Of a stretch of 64,000 nucleotides of DNA, positions 63,999 through 64,000 are shown in pieces. A program made the position numbers and the translations under genes. The stretch comes from Amoebophrya sp. A120. Its lineage: Eukaryota; Protista; Dinoflagellata. Under the pieces are notes generated by a model that was given only the letters and a program-made list of their open reading frames with translations, was not told where the DNA came from and ran no database searches. The stretch spans positions 1,802,281 through 1,866,280 of the forward strand of contig CAJINV010000013.1 of assembly GCA_905178155.1 (NCBI GenBank), in the 5' to 3' direction. Numbering within the stretch: the stretch's first letter is position 1; every line of letters starts with the position of its first letter.

Positions 63999-64000
63999 TG

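Larger units (their letters stand above)
12..63998 (+). repeat. Coding tandem array of about 1,770 degenerate 36-nt (12-aa) units, consensus h-G-S-S-h-S-h-x-x-h-x-x, in D, R and spacer classes
   Basis: GS at positions 2-3 and S at position 6 recur every 12 codons across the window; positions 8-9 define the class (LD / R[SAGNQ] / [FY]G etc.). Confidence 0.95.

Noticed and set aside
1-64000. CRISPR array, satellite DNA or non-coding tandem repeat (36-nt period)
   Set aside because: There is no invariant DNA repeat with unique spacers; conservation is at the amino-acid level with synonymous variation and codon-multiple indels.
1-64000. Assembly artefact from repeat expansion
   Set aside because: Units are individually distinct, change progressively by zone and keep frame for 64 kb, which artefactual duplication would not produce. 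Read mapping is still needed for full exclusion.
1-64000. Very frequent palindromes GGATCC, CTCGAG, GTCGAC, CGCG
   Set aside because: By-products of Gly-Ser, Ser-Ser, Ser-Thr and Ala-Arg codon pairs; no evidence for a regulatory role.
1-64000. Assignment to leucine-rich repeat, pentapeptide repeat, hexapeptide acyltransferase or InaZ families
   Set aside because: The LxxLxLxxN, A[DN]Lxx and AGYGSTxTA motifs are absent; only a loose hexapeptide-like pattern is shared, which is insufficient for a family call or gene symbol.

Overview
The whole 64-kb window is the interior of one giant gene that the supplied ORF track misses because it has no stop codon in the window. + strand frame 3 (codons starting at nt 3, 6, 9...) reads open from nt 3 to 63998: 21,332 codons, about 2.2 MDa, truncated at both ends. 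It encodes about 1,770 imperfect copies of a 12-aa (36-nt) unit, h-G-S-S-h-S-h-x-x-h-x-x (h = hydrophobic), in three classes: D (LGSSLSVLDFVH-like), R (LGSSLSVRSFAR-like) and spacer (LGSSLSV[FY]GxxR-like). The classes follow a grammar, spacer-(D-R)n, whose n changes along the gene. There are 77 perfect 36-aa super-repeats to nt 8327, then mixed n=1-3, runs up to n=7 near 32-33 kb, and a distal zone with a 14-aa variant unit and a dominant 60-aa module. Identical peptides recur with different synonymous codons, and all indels seen are whole codons in predicted turns. This points to a selected protein, most plausibly a very long Ser/Gly/Arg-rich beta-solenoid fibre. All listed ORFs are off-frame or antisense shadows. 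I found no RNA genes, mobile elements, CRISPR arrays, introns or intergenic DNA. Host organism and function cannot be determined from this window. Translation was done by hand over most, but not all, of the window.
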